Source: Macrostomum hystrix
Lineage: Eukaryota; Animalia; Platyhelminthes
NCBI GenBank assembly: GCA_950097015.1
Contig: CATNEN010000026.1
Location: 1,488,001 to 1,552,000, forward strand
Direction: 5' to 3'
DNA: 64,000 bases
Part shown: piece by piece, positions 61,655 to 64,000 of the stretch
Layout of the letters: every line of letters begins with the position of its first letter
How positions within the stretch are numbered: the first letter of the stretch is position 1
Made by a program: the position numbers and the translations under genes
The notes under the pieces: generated by a model
Database searches by the model: none
What the model was told of the DNA's origin: nothing
Seen by the model: only the letters and a program-made list of their open reading frames with translations

Positions 61655-61790
61655 AGACCGCTGATTGGCTAGCTGGCTCTCTCTTCCCCTCGTCTCTCAG
61701 CTAGGGCGTATCAGTCCTGCGAGACTTAGCCCATCCCTACTAAACCCGCGCTGATTGGCTGGAGAAGACGTCACACTTACCCTGCTTTTC
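61655..61790. promoter_or_regulatory. Candidate (possibly bidirectional) promoter: two CGCTGATTGGCT CCAAT boxes 90 bp apart and GACGTCAC
   Basis: ATTGG at 61664 and 61754 in identical context; lies between the lectin ATG (-) and the DH-PH exons (+). Confidence 0.45.
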
Positions 61791-62812
61791 TGCCCCCAGA
61801 CCCAAACCCTTGTTGTTGTTTTTATTTTAAGGCTAAATCGACTCGCATGGCTGTCGAGTCGAGTGACAGTCGAGTGACAGTCGAGTGACTGGCGATGTGA
61901 AAATCGAGGGAAAATCGCTAGAAAGATGGTTCAAAAAGAATGCTTGCAATTTTTTACGAAAAAATGAATATGCGGTGCCAAAGGCAGAAAATAATTAACA
62001 CAAATACAATTCATGCTACTGATAAGTAGTGTAACCGAGTGACAGTGACAGATGTACGAGCATTCACATTTCTATTTGTGCGCCCACCCCCATTTTTCCT
62101 GCCCCACACATGTACATTTTTTTTGGGCGTATCTCTCTCTCTCTCTACCCCTCTAACGTGAATTTATTTATGTTCAATAAAATCGCACCGCCCAAGTAGG
62201 GGCCTCAACACTTTTCCATAGTGCTGAATCATGAACTGAACTCTTACAAGCAGCTCAGAAAAAATACAAGCAGGAAAATGCTTGAATTCACGTGCTGCAG
62301 GAGCGTGTCGGGAACTGCATGGCAAAATGAAATCCTACACCAATGGACCGCGACTAAATCCCAGCTTATTGATTGATTTTCCCATGGCAAGTACTCGTAG
62401 CTAAGCGTCATTAGCCATTCTCCCTAGTCTCTGTGCGGCCTTCCTTCTATCCTCCTGATGCCCATAATTAGCATAATTTATTCAGGCCTCGGAACACTGC
62501 GCTTTGATGATGAGGCGACTCAAACTGATTTTCCTTTTCTGCTCCCATCTCTTATGCTCTTGAGTAGGGCTGGAGTGGGTCGAGTTCCCGAATTGGCCCG
62601 GAGGCAGAGCAGCTGTCGCTGTCGCCTCTGCCCTCCCCACCTCCTGTTGTGTCCGTCCCTCTCCATCGCTTCACTCAGAGTTTGATTGGACAAAAGACAG
62701 ATCCTCAGACTGAAGCCTGCGAGAGGCCGAGACGGAAAACTCCTAAAGCCTTCTCTTTTGACTTTGCAGGCATTTTTTGATAAGGTCTAATCTCGCCCTC
62801 TAATAATCCTAG

Positions 62813-62897
62813 GCGTTTCTCCACAACAAAGTCTGCCCCAGGCTTGTCTTTTTGTGCAGCAGCTTCATTGCCCGACATGCACAATGCCATTAGCCAG
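62813..62897 (+). CDS. Putative small exon upstream of the DH-PH exon (RFSTTKSAPG...PDMHNAISQ)
   Basis: Strong donor CAG|GTAAGC at 62898, phase 0, in frame with exon 63089. 5' end uncertain: phase-2 acceptor CCTAG| at 62812, or a UTR acceptor at 62769 with ATG at 62877. Confidence 0.45.
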
Positions 62898-62911
62898 GTA
62901 AGCCAGGTAAT

Positions 62912-63085
62912 CTCAAATCCCACACCGTGAGACTCCCCCATCCCCTCAAATCCCACACCGTGAGACTCCCCCATCCCCTCAAATCCCACACCGTGAGACT
63001 CCCCCATCCCCTCAAATCCCACACCGTGAGACTCCCCCATCCCCTCAAATCCCACACCGTGAGACTCCCCCATCTCCTCAAATCT
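62912..63085. repeat. 33-bp intronic minisatellite (CTCAAATCCCACACCGTGAGACTCCCCCATCCC)n
   Basis: Direct reading. Confidence 0.92.
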
Positions 63086-63088
63086 CAG

Positions 63089-64000
63089 CAGGCGGTGAGC
63101 AGTGGCTGCGGTGCTGTGAGTCACAGTCGGCAGCATTGCCCTAACAGCCTGCCCTACCAGCTGTGCCTGGAGCTGTTCATGACGGAGCGCAGCTACCAGC
63201 TGGAGCTTCGACTGGCCTGTCGGCAGCTACGTCGGGCTCTGACGGCCGCAGAGGATTCGTCGCAGAGCCTGACGCCGGCAGAGGCTGGCGGGGCGACGCG
63301 AGCCTGGTCCGTCCTGGCACCGTGCCTGGAACAGCTCGAACGGCTGCGGGGCGAGCATAGGCACATGATGAACGATTTGGAGCTTCGACTGGGCGATTGG
63401 AAGGCGGGCAGGCTGGGCCAGAGACTGGCCGACCTGCTGCTCCTGCGGCTGCTCCGCCTGCTGCCGGCCTACAGACACCTGGCTGGAGACGCGCCGCGAC
63501 TGCTCAGCGCCGTCTGCTGCCTGCATCGCGGAGACGCCGGCGCTGCCACAGCGGCTGCTCTGAATGGCTGCATCGCTGAGCCGCTTCATCGGCTTCTGAT
63601 GGCGCCGGCGCACAGACTTCTGCACTATCGCCTGCTGTGCGATCGCCTGCTGCGTCACCATGGCAACCAACACGACGCCGACGCTGTCGCTGATGCTGAA
63701 GACTGCCGACTGCTGCGCGACCAGCTCGACGACGCTCTGCGTCAGACAAACCCGGCGTGCTTTGCAGCTGAACAGTTCTGCATCCTGGCGGAGCTGCTCG
63801 CCGACTTGGCCGACTGTGCAGGCGATGCTGCGCCGCCAATCCATTTGGGCCGCCAGTTCTACCGACTCGGCTGCCTTCGGCGCTTGTCGACCAAGAGGCA
63901 TGTCGGAGAGAGCCAGCGACTGCTGGTATGCCTGACCGACGATTGTCTAGTCTACATGGCGCGGGACGGCAGCGGCGGCGGCGGCGACGACAGCGCGCAT
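63089..64000 (+). CDS. FARP: FARP-type RhoGEF DH domain and start of PH domain; open at the window edge
   Basis: My translation: PYQLCLELFMTERSYQLEL...HRHMMNDLELRLGDW...RLADLLL...LMAPAHRLLHYRLLCDRLLRHH...GRQFYRLGCLRRLSTK...QRLLVCLTDDCLVY. This parallels FARP1 AYFIAKEVSTTERTY / IEQRLALW / IGDVML / LRPLHRLMHYKQVLERLCKHH / GREFIRLGSLSKLSGK / QQRMFFLFNDVLLY. Tandem CAGCAG acceptor at 63088/63091. Confidence 0.9.

Noticed and set aside
62458-62685. 75-aa plus-strand ORF after a TTCAG acceptor, as an extra FARP linker exon
   Set aside because: No convincing donor and the phase (1) does not match exon 9; unsupported without cDNA.
63227-63901. 224-aa minus-strand ORF in the track
   Set aside because: Antisense shadow of the plus-strand DH-PH exon, which carries the family motifs.

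Overview
Eukaryotic (metazoan) genomic DNA. About 40% (my rough tally, ~25 kb) is tandem repeat, in ~30 distinct micro/minisatellite arrays, and most of the supplied ORF track is just translation of these arrays. The minisatellite-stuffed introns, 65-69 nt minimal introns and C-type lectin/PAN gene suggest a free-living flatworm such as Macrostomum (inference only). Genes: (1) a FARP/Cdep-family locus on + with 9 clean FERM-FA exons (31463-52856) and a 3.1-kb low-complexity terminal exon (53846-56933); a FARP-type DH-PH exon starts at 63089, runs off the window end and is missed by the ORF track; (2) a 2-exon secreted C-type lectin + PAN-like gene on - between those two parts; (3) an intronless coiled-coil + USP4/15-type DUSP-UBL ORF with no catalytic domain (15910-17352, -); (4) two single-pass membrane proteins and a zinc-finger-like unknown. 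Mobile elements: an 8.25-kb foldback-like element (18917-27163) with ~1.45-kb TIRs, a 9-bp TSD, mirrored minisatellites, a USP His-box half-domain and a Gln-rich ORF, but no recognisable transposase; hAT-like MITEs with exact 8-bp TSDs; a four-level nest (LINE > hAT MITE > CCC..GGG MITE > 69-bp mini-MITE); two TATA-flanked MITEs; two tRNA-derived SINEs. Best leads: the protease-fragment foldback element, the non-catalytic DUSP-UBL fusion, the apparently split FARP locus, and sense-strand AG|GT splice-site-like arrays in FARP introns. All analysis was by eye; no searches were run.
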